From positions 59,333-123,332 of the forward strand of contig JANOAV010000189.1 of assembly GCA_031411295.1 (NCBI GenBank): a stretch of 64,000 nucleotides of DNA. The letters run 5' to 3'. Position 1 is the stretch's first letter, and every line of letters begins with the position of its first letter. The DNA comes from Verrucomicrobiales bacterium (GTDB taxonomy: Bacteria > Verrucomicrobiota > Verrucomicrobiia > Verrucomicrobiales > V1-33). Both the position numbers and the translations under genes were made by a program. This document shows positions 40,885 to 50,883 of this stretch, in pieces. The notes below the pieces were generated by a model, which was given only the letters and a program-made list of their open reading frames with translations, was not told where the DNA came from and did not search any database.

Positions 40885-41141
40885 TTAGCGAAAGATGGAT
40901 TTGGATGTCTTGAGGACGCGGTCGAGCTCTTGTATATTTTGTCCTAGGGATTGCTGATGTTTCTCCACATCCCGCGAGAGATCAGCGGGGAGCTTGCTCT
41001 GGGTGGCGGCTGCATTAGCGAGTTGTGTCTGCAGGGTCTGGAGTGCGGTCTGGGTCTCCGCGAGGGTTTTCTGGCTTTGCTCGGCTTGTGCTAGTAGGGT
41101 TTTGCCCTCGGTTTTGACCTGGGTGGTTTCGGCTTTGGCTA
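40885..41141 (-). pseudogene. C-terminal remnant of a coiled-coil protein abutting the IS630 end
   Basis: Open frame LAKAETTQVKTEGKTLLAQAEQSQKTLAETQ...KSIFR* with no start codon before the IS. Confidence 0.6.
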
Positions 41142-42262
41142 GTGCTTAGTAGCACAAGTTAACAATTGTATTTCTAAGCTGGGCGCCTTTGACCTCTCTC
41201 TTGCGCCACACAAATGGTCGCGGGTGATTATTGGTGGCTTGGATAAAGGCTTCGATGGCGTTTCGCAGATCCGTTTTTGAGGGGAAACTTGCTCCGCGCA
41301 GCGCCTTCCGCGTCAGCAGTCCAAACCACACTTCGACCAGATTAAGCCAACTGGCCGAGGTGGGCGTAAAGTGGAAAATCACGCGCCCCTGGTATTTTGC
41401 CAGCCAGTCCTCGTTCCTCTTGTGGGTGCTCAGGTTATCCAGAATTACGTGCACCTCTTTGTCAGAAGGAAGTTCCGCAAGGACACTGTCCAGGAAGCTT
41501 AGAAAATCCGCCCGCTTCTTCGTCTCGGTGGTTTTGCCGATGACGGCCCCTTTGGCAACCTCCAAGGCCGCAAAGAGATTGAGTGTGCCATTGCGTTTGT
41601 AGGTGCTTTTGAGTCCCTGAACGATTTTTCCACTGCTGGTCTGGACAAAACCCGTGGCCCGGCTGAGCGCTTGAATGCTGGGTTTTTCATCCACGGAAAT
41701 GACCAGGGCGTTGATGGGGGGATTGAGGTAAAGCCCGACAATGTCCGCAGCCTTTGCGGCAAAATCTGGATCCGTGCTCACACACCACGAGCGCTGGCGA
41801 CTGAGACAAACACCCTCTTTGCGCAGGACTCTCCAGACCGCATGGGGGCTTGCCTCGAGCTTGCGCGCCAGACTTGGACCATCCCACGTCGCCTGTCCGA
41901 CTGGGGGCTTGCTTTCGATCGCCGCAAGCACCTTCAGGCGGAAACTCTTGGGGTCGTAGCGGGGTGGTTTGCCGCTGCGTGGCAAATCACGCAAGCCGAG
42001 CAATCCCTTGCTGACAAAGCGCGCCCTCCACTTACCCACCGCAGAGAGGCCGATGCCCAGAGTGCGTGCGATCTCTGTTTGCGCCAGCCCTTGGTGGGAA
42101 AAGTTGACAATTTTAAGACGGGTGACCTGTCCCTGCGTGCTTTGCGGACTGCGGATTAGGGCTTCAATGGTGACCTTTTCGTCGTTCGTTAAATTCAGCG
42201 GTTTGATGGAGCGGCTCATCCCCACTTATTTCACATTTGTTAACTATTGCAAGTAAGCACTA
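41140..42262 (-). mobile_element. IS630-family insertion sequence (coordinates include the flanking TA dinucleotides)
   Basis: Imperfect inverted repeats ctagtgcttagtagcacaagttaacaattgt (41139-41169) versus reverse complement of 42233-42263 (26/31); CTAG at both ends. Confidence 0.92.
41146..42225 (-). CDS. IS630 transposase
   Basis: N-terminal HTH, DLPRSGKP, DDE motifs SVDEK, ILDNLSTH, SWLNLVEVWF; uninterrupted ORF. Confidence 0.95.
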   Translation of the reverse strand: MGMSRSIKPLNLTNDEKVTIEALIRSPQSTQGQVTRLKIVNFSHQGLAQTEIARTLGIGLSAVGKWRARFVSKGLLGLRDLPRSGKPPRYDPKSFRLKVLAAIESKPPVGQATWDGPSLARKLEASPHAVWRVLRKEGVCLSRQRSWCVSTDPDFAAKAADIVGLYLNPPINALVISVDEKPSIQALSRATGFVQTSSGKIVQGLKSTYKRNGTLNLFAALEVAKGAVIGKTTETKKRADFLSFLDSVLAELPSDKEVHVILDNLSTHKRNEDWLAKYQGRVIFHFTPTSASWLNLVEVWFGLLTRKALRGASFPSKTDLRNAIEAFIQATNNHPRPFVWRKREVKGAQLRNTIVNLCY

Positions 42263-42527
42263 GGGCATCCGGCCAATGGACTTCGGTGGTGCGGGAGGGT
42301 TTGGTCTTCCCTGCGGATCATTGTCACGACGATGACATTGCCACGCACGCGGGACGGCTCATCGAATGTCTGTCTGATGAGTGATGCTTCGCGGCCGGTC
42401 ACGCATTTCTGCGATAGTGAGCAGTTTGACACAGAGGCAGAGCCACCGAAATGTTACGACTCTGGGGGGCACTATTCATTCTCATTCGTGCTAGGGAATA
42501 GAACCCGCCTCTCATCCTCATTACCTC

Positions 42528-43907
42528 ATGCGAAATAACTTCCTCATCAATCGTCGTGCCTGCCTGAAAGGGTTGGGGGCTTCTCTGGCGTTGCCGCTTT
42601 TGGAAACCATGGGCTGGGCGGATGTGGGCAAGGGGAAGGTGGTTAAGCCGCCGGTGCGCATGGGGTTCATGTATATGCCGCATGGGGTGATCATGGATCA
42701 ATTCTGGCCGGCCAATGCGGAGAGTTTCCTCACGGCACCGCCGCCGGGTTTGGAATCGCTGCGGCCGGTGTTGAGTCAGTGTTTGCTGATGAAAGGCATT
42801 TCGGGCGTGCCGATTGCTCCCTTCAATGGGGCGCCTCATGCGCTGGAGCTTTCGACTTGGCTGACAGCTTGTTTGCCCGATGCGGATAAACGGAATCGCA
42901 TCAACATTGCCATCTCTGCGGACCAAATTGCTGCCAATTATGTTGGTGGACTAACCTCGTTGCCTTCGTTGGAATTGGCCACCATGCCGCAGACGCATAA
43001 GGAAAATCAGGAGGGGCTGAATGAAGGCTATTACTCGCATTGCAGCTTCCGTTCCGCCACCCAGGCGGTGCCGGCGGAGACCAATCCACGCAGCGTGCTG
43101 AACCGATTGTTCGGCAAGACCGACAAGCCGGGAGAAGCCACCCAGGCGGATCCGCTGGATCGGCAGATGCTGGATTTGGTGATTGGCGGGGCGAAGGATT
43201 TGCGGAAGAAATTACCCCAAGGCGATCAACACAAGCTGGATGAATACTTGGACAGCGTGCGGTCAGTGGAACGTCGCATTGCCGCCATTGAGTATCGGCA
43301 AAAGGAAGCTGCGCTGGAAAAAGCGGGCGTTAGCACCAGCAAACGCAATTCCTCTGACTCCCCGCCCATCGAAGTCAAGATCCCCGAGGGCGACAAACGC
43401 AGCGAATACATGCAGGTCATGTGCGACCTGAACGTCCTGGCATTTCAAACCGACACCACCCGCGTCAGCACTTACATCGGCTCCACGCCCAATGGCGTTT
43501 CCTATCCGGAGCTTGGATTCAAGGACGAGCATCATTCGCAAACCCATCACAACAATGAGGCGGAGAAAGTCCGGAAAGTAGCCGCCATCACCGCATTTAA
43601 CATTTCCCAGTTCGCCTACATGGTGAAGAAAATGGCCAGCTTAAAAGAAGGCGATGGCACCCTGCTGGATAACTGCATCATGATGTGGGGCTCCGGACTC
43701 GAAGATGGCAACAAACACGCCCGGGATAACCTTCCCTTTATCATTGCCGGAAAAGGCGGCGGATCGATCAACACCGGACGCTTCCTCGCGAACGTCAAAG
43801 GCAATCAAGGCGATCTGCTGACCACGCTCCTGGCTTGCGCAGGGGTTCCGCTGGATCGTCCGATTGGGATTGCGACGAAGCAGATCAAGGAAATGATGAA
43901 CGTGTGA
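42528..43907 (+). CDS. DUF1552 domain protein
   Basis: Tat-like [63 protein letters not shown]. Confidence 0.88.
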   Translation: MRNNFLINRRACLKGLGASLALPLLETMGWADVGKGKVVKPPVRMGFMYMPHGVIMDQFWPANAESFLTAPPPGLESLRPVLSQCLLMKGISGVPIAPFNGAPHALELSTWLTACLPDADKRNRINIAISADQIAANYVGGLTSLPSLELATMPQTHKENQEGLNEGYYSHCSFRSATQAVPAETNPRSVLNRLFGKTDKPGEATQADPLDRQMLDLVIGGAKDLRKKLPQGDQHKLDEYLDSVRSVERRIAAIEYRQKEAALEKAGVSTSKRNSSDSPPIEVKIPEGDKRSEYMQVMCDLNVLAFQTDTTRVSTYIGSTPNGVSYPELGFKDEHHSQTHHNNEAEKVRKVAAITAFNISQFAYMVKKMASLKEGDGTLLDNCIMMWGSGLEDGNKHARDNLPFIIAGKGGGSINTGRFLANVKGNQGDLLTTLLACAGVPLDRPIGIATKQIKEMMNV

Positions 43908-44002
43908 GTTCGACGGTGATTGGCATCGTAGGGTTAGCAAGGCGCTCCCGCAGGGCGTTGCAGGCCGCCAAGGCGTGGTCCCGGCAAGGTTTGGCGTCCC
44001 GG

Positions 44003-44121
44003 CTATGGCGGACGAAGTTCTGCGAAAGGGATGTCGCGGGAGATCACGACTTGGTTCTCTAGGCCGAGGACTTCGATGCGCAGGTTGGGATTGGGCGCAT
44101 CCCAGTTGATCCACAGCAGGC
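44003..44121 (-). repeat. Diverged copy of the last ~39 codons of phoD
   Basis: LLWINWDAPNPNLRIEVLGLENQVVISRDIPFAELRPP* versus phoD LLRINWDAPNPSLRVEVLGLESQVVIERDIPLAELRPQ*; roughly 82% nt identity by eye with 46145-46263. Confidence 0.9.
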
Positions 44122-44186
44122 AGCGATTGGTGAACCGCACCACCGGAAGCCCAGCTTTTAATTTGGCGTGGACATGGAAGCCTGGA

Positions 44187-46148
44187 TTAGGGGGAGTGTG
44201 CGGGAGGGGTCGGGGCAGGCGCGGCACTGGGGGAGGTCGAAGCGTCGTTGGTGGGGCCGGAATCACCGGAGGCGCTGTAGGCGCGGACGCGGTAGCGGTA
44301 TGGCGCGGGGTCGGTGCGCCCAGAGTCGGTGTAGCTGGTAACGTTGGCTTCGACGGTAGCGATCTGGCCCCAGACGCCAGTGGGGCCGGATTTGCGCTCG
44401 ACCTTGAAACCCTTCTCGTTGGCGGAGTTGTCTTTCCAAGTAAGGCAGGCATGGGTGGCATCGGTGACCACCGCCTGGAGACCGGTGGGGCGCAGGGGGA
44501 TTTCTGGGTTGGCTTCGTAAATTTCAAATTCGCACAACTGGTAGCCGTAGTAGGGGTTGCCCGGAACGCCCTGGACGTAGAGGCGAACGTATTGGCCGCG
44601 TTGCGGCGGGAAGGCGAGGTCGTCCTTGAGGCTGGAAGCGCGGTAGTTTTGCACCGTGAGGTCGGTCCAAGTGGTGGTATCTGGACTGATTTGGATGCGG
44701 AAGGAGGGGTGCTTGCTGGGGAGACTCTGCCAGGTCAATTTGACTCGGGTAATGGATTTGGGGGAACCCAAATTGATCATGACAGTAGGGTTGGCGGCAG
44801 GTTGGAGGCCGGAGTGCCAGGAGGTGGCGGGATTGCCATCGGAGGCAGCGTTGGGAGTTGTGCCTTGGGAAACTGTCACGGTCTTGCCGAGCGAAAGATT
44901 GGTGGGAAGATAGGGAACCGGTTCGTGGGGGATGTAAGCGGCGGCGGCGTGAGCCAGCAGGGCGCGGTGGATGGCGCGGGGGTCAGCAAAAGCACCCACA
45001 AGGTTGGTATTGTTGACCCAGGCGTGGTATTGGATCAGACCGGCACTGGGGAAGGATTGCCAAGGGATGACGTAACAGCAGGTGGGGAACTCGGACTTGG
45101 CGTAATCCAGATAGGCGACGTTATCGATGGTGGTATTGTCAGTCTGGGGGCCAGTCTCGGCTAGGGCGATGGGTTTGCCTTGAGCGATGAGGGCATTGGT
45201 GCCCGCGAGGTGGCGGACGCGAACGCCGTCCTTGAAGCCGAGGGGGGAGCCATAGCTGGTAAAGGCCACCAGGTCCACCCAGGCATTACCAGGGTAGATG
45301 CCGTAGTCCCCGGTGGTGGCTACTTGAGGTTCGGTGATACCGACGGTGGGAGAGAAAACCCAGATCAGATTATGGAGGCCTTTGGTGGTGGTGAAATAGT
45401 CATACAGATGATGCCAGAGGGCAATGAACTGGGAGCCCTGGGCTAGGCTATGGTTCTGATAACCGGGCCAGAACCAAGGCGCGTTCATTTCCTGAAAAGG
45501 GCGCCACAGGACAACGACGCCAGCGTCCTGAAGATCGAGGAGGGCGTGGGCCATCTCGTCGAGCCGGCCTTGCCAATACTTGCCGACGTCGGTGTTGAGA
45601 TCGGTCAGTTCGGAGAGGTGCTTGCCAGGGACGATGGTGCTGTAGTTGCCGGTATTGTTAGCAAGGGATTGCCAGGGGTTGGCGGGGGACCAGTTGATGG
45701 TGACCAGACCGCCTTGGCTCCACCACTCTTTGAGCTTCAGGTTGGGGTGTTTGAGGCTGGTATCGATGTTGCCGTTGTAGCCGTCGAACACTCGCGGGTA
45801 GTCCCATTCATAATCGAGGGAGAGGATCCCGGGCCATTTGCCGGTTTGGTCAAAGATGGGTTGGATGTATCGTTCGAAACACCGGGAATCCCAGAGGGCG
45901 CTGGTTGGATTGGTGCTCAGTGAGGCGCGGGTGATGGTGGCTCCGTGGCCGGAGTGTTGACCAAGGATGAGGTTCTGGGTGGAGCGGGCGGCCCCGACCG
46001 TCTTAAGGTATTCGTAAACGCCCCGGGTGTTGCTGCTGGCGTTGGCGTCGCTGAGAGACTGCGCCTTGAGCGGTGCAACGCAGCCAACCACAGTTAATAA
46101 GGACCAACTTAGAAGCTGGCATTTGCAGAGTGCTGGGCTCATTTTCAT
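44187..46148 (-). CDS. GH26 beta-mannanase-like enzyme with F5/8 type C (CBM32) and Fn3 domains
   Basis: VVLWRPFQEMN, LHNLIWVFSP, YPGNAWVD, GKPIALAETG; NLSLGK...DGNPATSW; LTWKDNSANEKGFKVER...YRYRVRAY. Confidence 0.88.
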   Translation of the reverse strand: MKMSPALCKCQLLSWSLLTVVGCVAPLKAQSLSDANASSNTRGVYEYLKTVGAARSTQNLILGQHSGHGATITRASLSTNPTSALWDSRCFERYIQPIFDQTGKWPGILSLDYEWDYPRVFDGYNGNIDTSLKHPNLKLKEWWSQGGLVTINWSPANPWQSLANNTGNYSTIVPGKHLSELTDLNTDVGKYWQGRLDEMAHALLDLQDAGVVVLWRPFQEMNAPWFWPGYQNHSLAQGSQFIALWHHLYDYFTTTKGLHNLIWVFSPTVGITEPQVATTGDYGIYPGNAWVDLVAFTSYGSPLGFKDGVRVRHLAGTNALIAQGKPIALAETGPQTDNTTIDNVAYLDYAKSEFPTCCYVIPWQSFPSAGLIQYHAWVNNTNLVGAFADPRAIHRALLAHAAAAYIPHEPVPYLPTNLSLGKTVTVSQGTTPNAASDGNPATSWHSGLQPAANPTVMINLGSPKSITRVKLTWQSLPSKHPSFRIQISPDTTTWTDLTVQNYRASSLKDDLAFPPQRGQYVRLYVQGVPGNPYYGYQLCEFEIYEANPEIPLRPTGLQAVVTDATHACLTWKDNSANEKGFKVERKSGPTGVWGQIATVEANVTSYTDSGRTDPAPYRYRVRAYSASGDSGPTNDASTSPSAAPAPTPPAHSP

Positions 46149-47338
46149 TGCGGACGGAGTTCTGCGAGCGGGATGTCGCGCTCGATCACGACCTGACTCT
46201 CCAGCCCGAGGACTTCCACGCGCAGGGAGGGATTGGGCGCGTCCCAGTTAATCCGCAGCAGGCCGAAGTTGGAGGAGTTGTAGGGAAGCTCATGGAGGCG
46301 GTAAGCATTGGGTTGTGGTTTTTTAGGCTTAGCGACTTTGGGTTTTTCCACTGCGGGCGGAGATGACTTGTCCTCGTTGGGCGGAGGCGCGGCGGGCTTG
46401 GGCGGAATGACAAGGTTGAGGCCACTGGTGGTCAGCTCATAAAGCGGGTAGAGCACGCCTTCGGCAGGGGGGAGCATAGAAAGTTCTGCCAGGTGACGGT
46501 CGCCACTGATGACGATTACTCCCGTAGCCTTCGTGCGACCGAGGAGTTCGAGGAAGCGGGCGCGTTCTTTGGGAAAGTTCCCCCACTTTTCTGAACCATG
46601 CTCGCGCGGGATCAACTGGACGCTGGAAACGATGACGCGGATTTCGGCCGGTTCTTGCAGGCGTCGTTCGAGCCAAGCCCACTGCGCGGCCCCCAGCATG
46701 GTGGCGTCGGGATTGTGGTTGGGGATGGTAACCTTGGGGTTGGCAGGGTTCTTATTAAGGGGCGAGCGGAAGGCCCGGGTATCCAGGAGGAGGAGCTGGA
46801 CGCGTTTACCCACCGGGCCCAGGGTCACACAGTCATACACTCCGCGGGTGGTGCGCAGGGGCGACGCGGCGGGCACTTGGAAAAATTCGCAGAACTCCTT
46901 TTGCGATGCCGCTGCCCCTGGGAAATCCGCCCCGCCATCGTTGAGGCCGTAGTCGTGATCGTCCCACGTAGCGAACAACGGAGTGGACTGCCGGAGTTTG
47001 GCGAAGCCCGGGATGGCCGCAAGCAAAGCGTATTTCCTGCGGAGCACCATGGGGTCGGCGGAGTCGCCATAAATGTTGTCCCCGCAAAGGACAAAAGCAT
47101 CGCAGTGGGCGTCATGAATGGCATCCCAGATGGGCGCTGGCCGCTCCTCACGTGTGCAGGAACCGAAACCCAGCGTGGTGATGGTGAGTTCTGGTCGGGC
47201 TGAGACCCGGTCTGCGGCAGTCGCCTCAGCGGCGGCAGCGGGATCCTGTTTGCCCGGAGCGGTGGGGTTGTCCACGGCCTGCGCTCCAGCCAGCAAATGC
47301 ACCGTCAGGAGGGGGATAATAAAGAGTGTTTGTTTCAT
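46145..47338 (-). CDS. phoD: Alkaline phosphatase D family protein
   Basis: FGSC, GDNIYGD, TWDDHDY, LLDTR, LGAAQWAWLE, ISGDRH. Confidence 0.9.
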   Translation of the reverse strand: MKQTLFIIPLLTVHLLAGAQAVDNPTAPGKQDPAAAAEATAADRVSARPELTITTLGFGSCTREERPAPIWDAIHDAHCDAFVLCGDNIYGDSADPMVLRRKYALLAAIPGFAKLRQSTPLFATWDDHDYGLNDGGADFPGAAASQKEFCEFFQVPAASPLRTTRGVYDCVTLGPVGKRVQLLLLDTRAFRSPLNKNPANPKVTIPNHNPDATMLGAAQWAWLERRLQEPAEIRVIVSSVQLIPREHGSEKWGNFPKERARFLELLGRTKATGVIVISGDRHLAELSMLPPAEGVLYPLYELTTSGLNLVIPPKPAAPPPNEDKSSPPAVEKPKVAKPKKPQPNAYRLHELPYNSSNFGLLRINWDAPNPSLRVEVLGLESQVVIERDIPLAELRPQ

Positions 47339-47611
47339 AAAGCGTGCGGCAGGACGAACTGAGAAGATTTTCGGATTCACGATTGTTGCAAATACGGGTG
47401 GATGCAGAAAGACGCAAGCTGGGAGCGGGCGATGTCCCCCTGAAAACCGTCTCGACAAAACGGGATGGTGAGACACTTTCTTCCGCAATCAGGCCACTCG
47501 TGAATCGGCCTAACCGCTTTTCCCTATGAGCGATCGCAGACTGCCCGTAAATCATCTTGCGTGCGTTCCCGGAAGCGCTGAACGTCTGGGAAATCATTAT
47601 TTAATACAACG

Positions 47612-48724
47612 TTGAAAACATTTATCGAACTGGGAGTGCCGGCCAAGCTGGTGGAGGGGTTGGCGGCATTGGGAATTCAAACCCCCACGGCCATTCAGCT
47701 GGAGGCGATTCCGCGCCTGCTGCAAGTGGGCGGGGACTTGATTGCCCAAGCGCAAACGGGCACTGGAAAGACCGCGGCCTTTGGTTTGCCGTTGCTGACG
47801 AAAATTGACCCCACCAAAAAGGAGATCCAGGGCTTGGTGATCGCACCCACGCGGGAATTGGCGAAACAGATCGGCAAACAATTGTTCAAGTTCACGAAAT
47901 TCAGCGAGAAAGTATTCGTCGAAGTCGTGACCGGAGGCGAGAACCTGGATCGGCAAATGGCCGCCCTGAAGCGCCCGACCCATATCGTGGTGGCCACGCC
48001 GGGGCGCTTGATCGATCTGCTGGAGCGCGGTGCGCTTTCCTTGGCGAATGTGCGTTTCCTCATTCTGGATGAAGCGGATGAAATGCTCAAGATGGGCTTT
48101 CAGAAGGAGTTGGCGCAAATTTTCCAACTAACCAAGGACAAGCAAAGCACGTGGCTGTTCTCCGCCACCATTCCCAAGGGCATCCAGAATTTGATCCGGG
48201 AATATATGTCGCCCCAGGCGTTTTCGCTGAAGATCGATCAGAAGTTCGTGGTGAATAAAGACATCACCCACCAATTCATCGTGACGAATCGCATGCAGCG
48301 GCTGGATCGCATGGTGGATTTCCTGAAACGTCGGCCCGAAGAACGTGGCGTCATTTTCTGCCGCACCATTGTGAGTGCCAACACGCTGGCGGAACAGTTG
48401 AAGACCCGTGGGTTCTCACTGGAGTTGCTGCATGGCGACCTCATGCAAACGGAGCGGGACAAGGTAATGCGTGCGTTCAAGAAATCTCGGGTGCAATTAC
48501 TCATCGCCACGGACGTAGCCGCCCGCGGGATTGATGTCGAGGGCCTCTCCTTCGTGATCCATGCGCAGTTGCCGGATCAAACGGAATATTACACTCACCG
48601 CAGCGGCCGCACCGGTCGGGCTGGACGGAAGGGAATCTCGTTGGTCTTCATCGAACAGCAGGAAAAACCGACGCTCACGGCCTTGGCCAACGAGCTGAGC
48701 TTGGTGTTCACCGAGGTGCGTTAA
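47612..48724 (+). CDS. DEAD-box RNA helicase
   Basis: PTAIQ, AQTGTGKT, PTRELA, TPGR, DEAD, SAT, ARGID, HRSGRTGR; TTG start. Confidence 0.93.
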   Translation: MKTFIELGVPAKLVEGLAALGIQTPTAIQLEAIPRLLQVGGDLIAQAQTGTGKTAAFGLPLLTKIDPTKKEIQGLVIAPTRELAKQIGKQLFKFTKFSEKVFVEVVTGGENLDRQMAALKRPTHIVVATPGRLIDLLERGALSLANVRFLILDEADEMLKMGFQKELAQIFQLTKDKQSTWLFSATIPKGIQNLIREYMSPQAFSLKIDQKFVVNKDITHQFIVTNRMQRLDRMVDFLKRRPEERGVIFCRTIVSANTLAEQLKTRGFSLELLHGDLMQTERDKVMRAFKKSRVQLLIATDVAARGIDVEGLSFVIHAQLPDQTEYYTHRSGRTGRAGRKGISLVFIEQQEKPTLTALANELSLVFTEVR

Positions 48725-48794
48725 GTCAAACCTTTGTCCCGAGCGTGTGCCACCGGTTGGATTCCCTGAAATTTCCCCCATCGGCAATTTCTTC

Positions 48795-48829
48795 TTGCCA
48801 AGCCTGTGATCCCCCCTAGATTCCGCGCC
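48795..48829 (+). promoter_or_regulatory. Putative sigma70 promoter of rpsB-tsf with GC-rich discriminator
   Basis: TTGCCA-16 nt-TAGATT followed by CCGCGCC. Confidence 0.5.
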
Positions 48830-48883
48830 TCCTTCGCCATCCGAAGGGGAAAATTAATTAAACCGTTAGTAAAACAAACCTAA

Positions 48884-48980
48884 ACCATTCTCTTTGTCCG
48901 GATCAGGGTTGGCCTGAGCAGATGACAGTGGCGTCAATTTACCAAAATTTGCGTCGCGCGCTGTGCGGTGGAGAGAATAT
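48884..48980 (+). promoter_or_regulatory. Putative structured rpsB leader (S2 autoregulation)
   Basis: ATTCTCT (48886-48892) pairs with AGAGAAT (48972-48978) and encloses internal hairpins; position upstream of rpsB. Confidence 0.4.
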
Positions 48981-48994
48981 CGACAATACATCTC

Positions 48995-49705
48995 ATGGCA
49001 TCAGAACTCCTTAAGGAACTCGTGGAAGCAGGCGTGCACTTTGGTCATCAAAGCCGCAAATGGCATCCGCGGATGAAGCAATTCATCATCGGCAAGAAAA
49101 ACGGCGTGCATATCCTCAATCTCGAGGAAACCGCCAAGCAACTCGACACCGCCGCTGACTACCTCAGCGAAGCCGCCCGAGCCGGTAAACGCATCCTCTT
49201 CGTAGGTTGCAAGCGCCAGGCTCAAGACGCTGTGCGTGAGGCCGCCCAAGCGACCGGTCAATTTTACGTCAATCACCGCTGGTTGGGTGGCACACTGACG
49301 AACCTCGCCACCATCCGCAAGAGCGTCCAACGCTTGAAGTGGCTCGAAGAACTGGACAAACAACCCGAGTTCAAATCGATGTCCAAGAAAGAACTCTCCG
49401 CCCTTGGCCGTGAGCGTGAGAAGCTCCTGCGCAACCTTTCTGGGATTCGCGAACTCGAAAGCGCCCCTGACGTCGTCGTCATCGTGGACAGCCATCGTGA
49501 AAAAATTGCCGTCAACGAAGCCACCCGTCTGAACATCCCCATCGTCGCCCTCGTGGACAGCAATGCGGACCCAGCCGTCGTCCAATTCCCGATTGCTGCC
49601 AATGACGATTCCGTCCGCAGTATCCGCATTGTCCTCCAGAACCTCGTCGATCCGCTTCTCAGCGCCCTCGAGCAAACTGGCCGCGCCCCCCGCAAGACCA
49701 GCTAA
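48995..49705 (+). CDS. rpsB: 30S ribosomal protein S2
   Basis: LVEAGVHFGH, RWLGGTLTN, IAANDD. Confidence 0.97.
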   Translation: MASELLKELVEAGVHFGHQSRKWHPRMKQFIIGKKNGVHILNLEETAKQLDTAADYLSEAARAGKRILFVGCKRQAQDAVREAAQATGQFYVNHRWLGGTLTNLATIRKSVQRLKWLEELDKQPEFKSMSKKELSALGREREKLLRNLSGIRELESAPDVVVIVDSHREKIAVNEATRLNIPIVALVDSNADPAVVQFPIAANDDSVRSIRIVLQNLVDPLLSALEQTGRAPRKTS

Positions 49706-49752
49706 ACCAGCCGGGTCTCCAAACCAACCTTTATCCCCCAAGTTTAAATACC

Positions 49753-50658
49753 ATGGCAGAAATTACCGCCTCCCTCGTTAAAGAACTCCGCGACAAAACC
49801 AACGCGGGCATGATGGATTGTAAAGCCGCCCTCAAAGAAACCAATGGCGACATGGAAGCAGCCATCGACTGGCTCCGCGTCAAAGGCATCAGCCGCGGTG
49901 GCAACAAAGGTGACCGTGATGCCAAAGAAGGCGTCATTCACGCCCTCGTGAGCGATGACAGCAAAGTCGGCGTGCTCGTCGAAGTGTGTTGCGAAACCGA
50001 CTTCGTGGCGAAGAACGAAGATTTCCGTGGCTTCGTCAGCACCATCGCCAGCCACGTGCATCAGCAAGACACCGCTAACGATCACCACACCGCCAACGTC
50101 CTCACCACCGCCTCCCCAGACGGTAAGGGATCGTTCGACGAGTTCATTAAAGCCAAGGCCGGTGGCTTGGGAGAGAACATTTTCCTCCGCCGCTTCCGCC
50201 GCTATGAATCCTCCTCCAATGGTGCTGTCACTAGCTATATCCATATGGCAGGCCGGGTCGGTGTGCTCTTGGAAGTGAATACCGGCAAGGCAGAAACCCA
50301 AGGTCAGGAAGCGTTCAAGAGCTTGGTCAAAGACCTCACCCTGCAAATTGCCGCCAGCTCCCCCGAAGTGATCACCCGTTCCGAAGTGGATGCCGCCGTC
50401 ATCGCTCGGGAAGAGGAAGTCCAACGCGAGCGGATGGCAGGACAACTGGCCAATAAGCCAGAAAACATCCAAGCCAACATCCTCAAAGGTGCCATGGGCA
50501 AGTTCTTCAGCCAGATCTGTCTGCTGGAGCAAGCCTTCATCAAAGAGCCTGACAAGACCGTGGAAGACATCGTCAAAGCCGCCGCCAAAACGCTGGGTGA
50601 CACGGTCACCATCGTCCGCTTCTCCCGCTTTGCCGTGGGTGAAGAGGTCAAGGCCTAA
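49753..50658 (+). CDS. tsf: Elongation factor Ts
   Basis: ITASLVKELRDKTNAGMMDCKAAL, CETDFVA, LLEQAFIK. Confidence 0.97.
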   Translation: MAEITASLVKELRDKTNAGMMDCKAALKETNGDMEAAIDWLRVKGISRGGNKGDRDAKEGVIHALVSDDSKVGVLVEVCCETDFVAKNEDFRGFVSTIASHVHQQDTANDHHTANVLTTASPDGKGSFDEFIKAKAGGLGENIFLRRFRRYESSSNGAVTSYIHMAGRVGVLLEVNTGKAETQGQEAFKSLVKDLTLQIAASSPEVITRSEVDAAVIAREEEVQRERMAGQLANKPENIQANILKGAMGKFFSQICLLEQAFIKEPDKTVEDIVKAAAKTLGDTVTIVRFSRFAVGEEVKA

Positions 50659-50700
50659 GCTAAAGCCAGCGGGCCTCACGGCTCCCGAGCAATTATCACG

Positions 50701-50733
50701 AAAATGCCGCCTCCCCAACGAGGCGGCATTTTT
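50701..50733 (+). terminator. Rho-independent terminator after tsf
   Basis: AAAATGCCGCCTC-cccaac-GAGGCGGCATTTTT. Confidence 0.85.
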
Positions 50734-50883
50734 GCTGTAATCGGAACTGGTGCGAGTCTTCGTTGTGAGGATTCATTCAGGACTTAGCTCAGCTCAGCTT
50801 GCCATCCTTGCCACCTTGACGCTTCTCCCCTGCACTGCTCTACTCCTTCATTCCCCCTGCTTAATTCCACTCCTTCATCCCCC

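Noticed and set aside
42264..42527. A duplicated pdhB 3' end marking the far boundary of the island
   Set aside because: No similarity to the pdhB end found by eye
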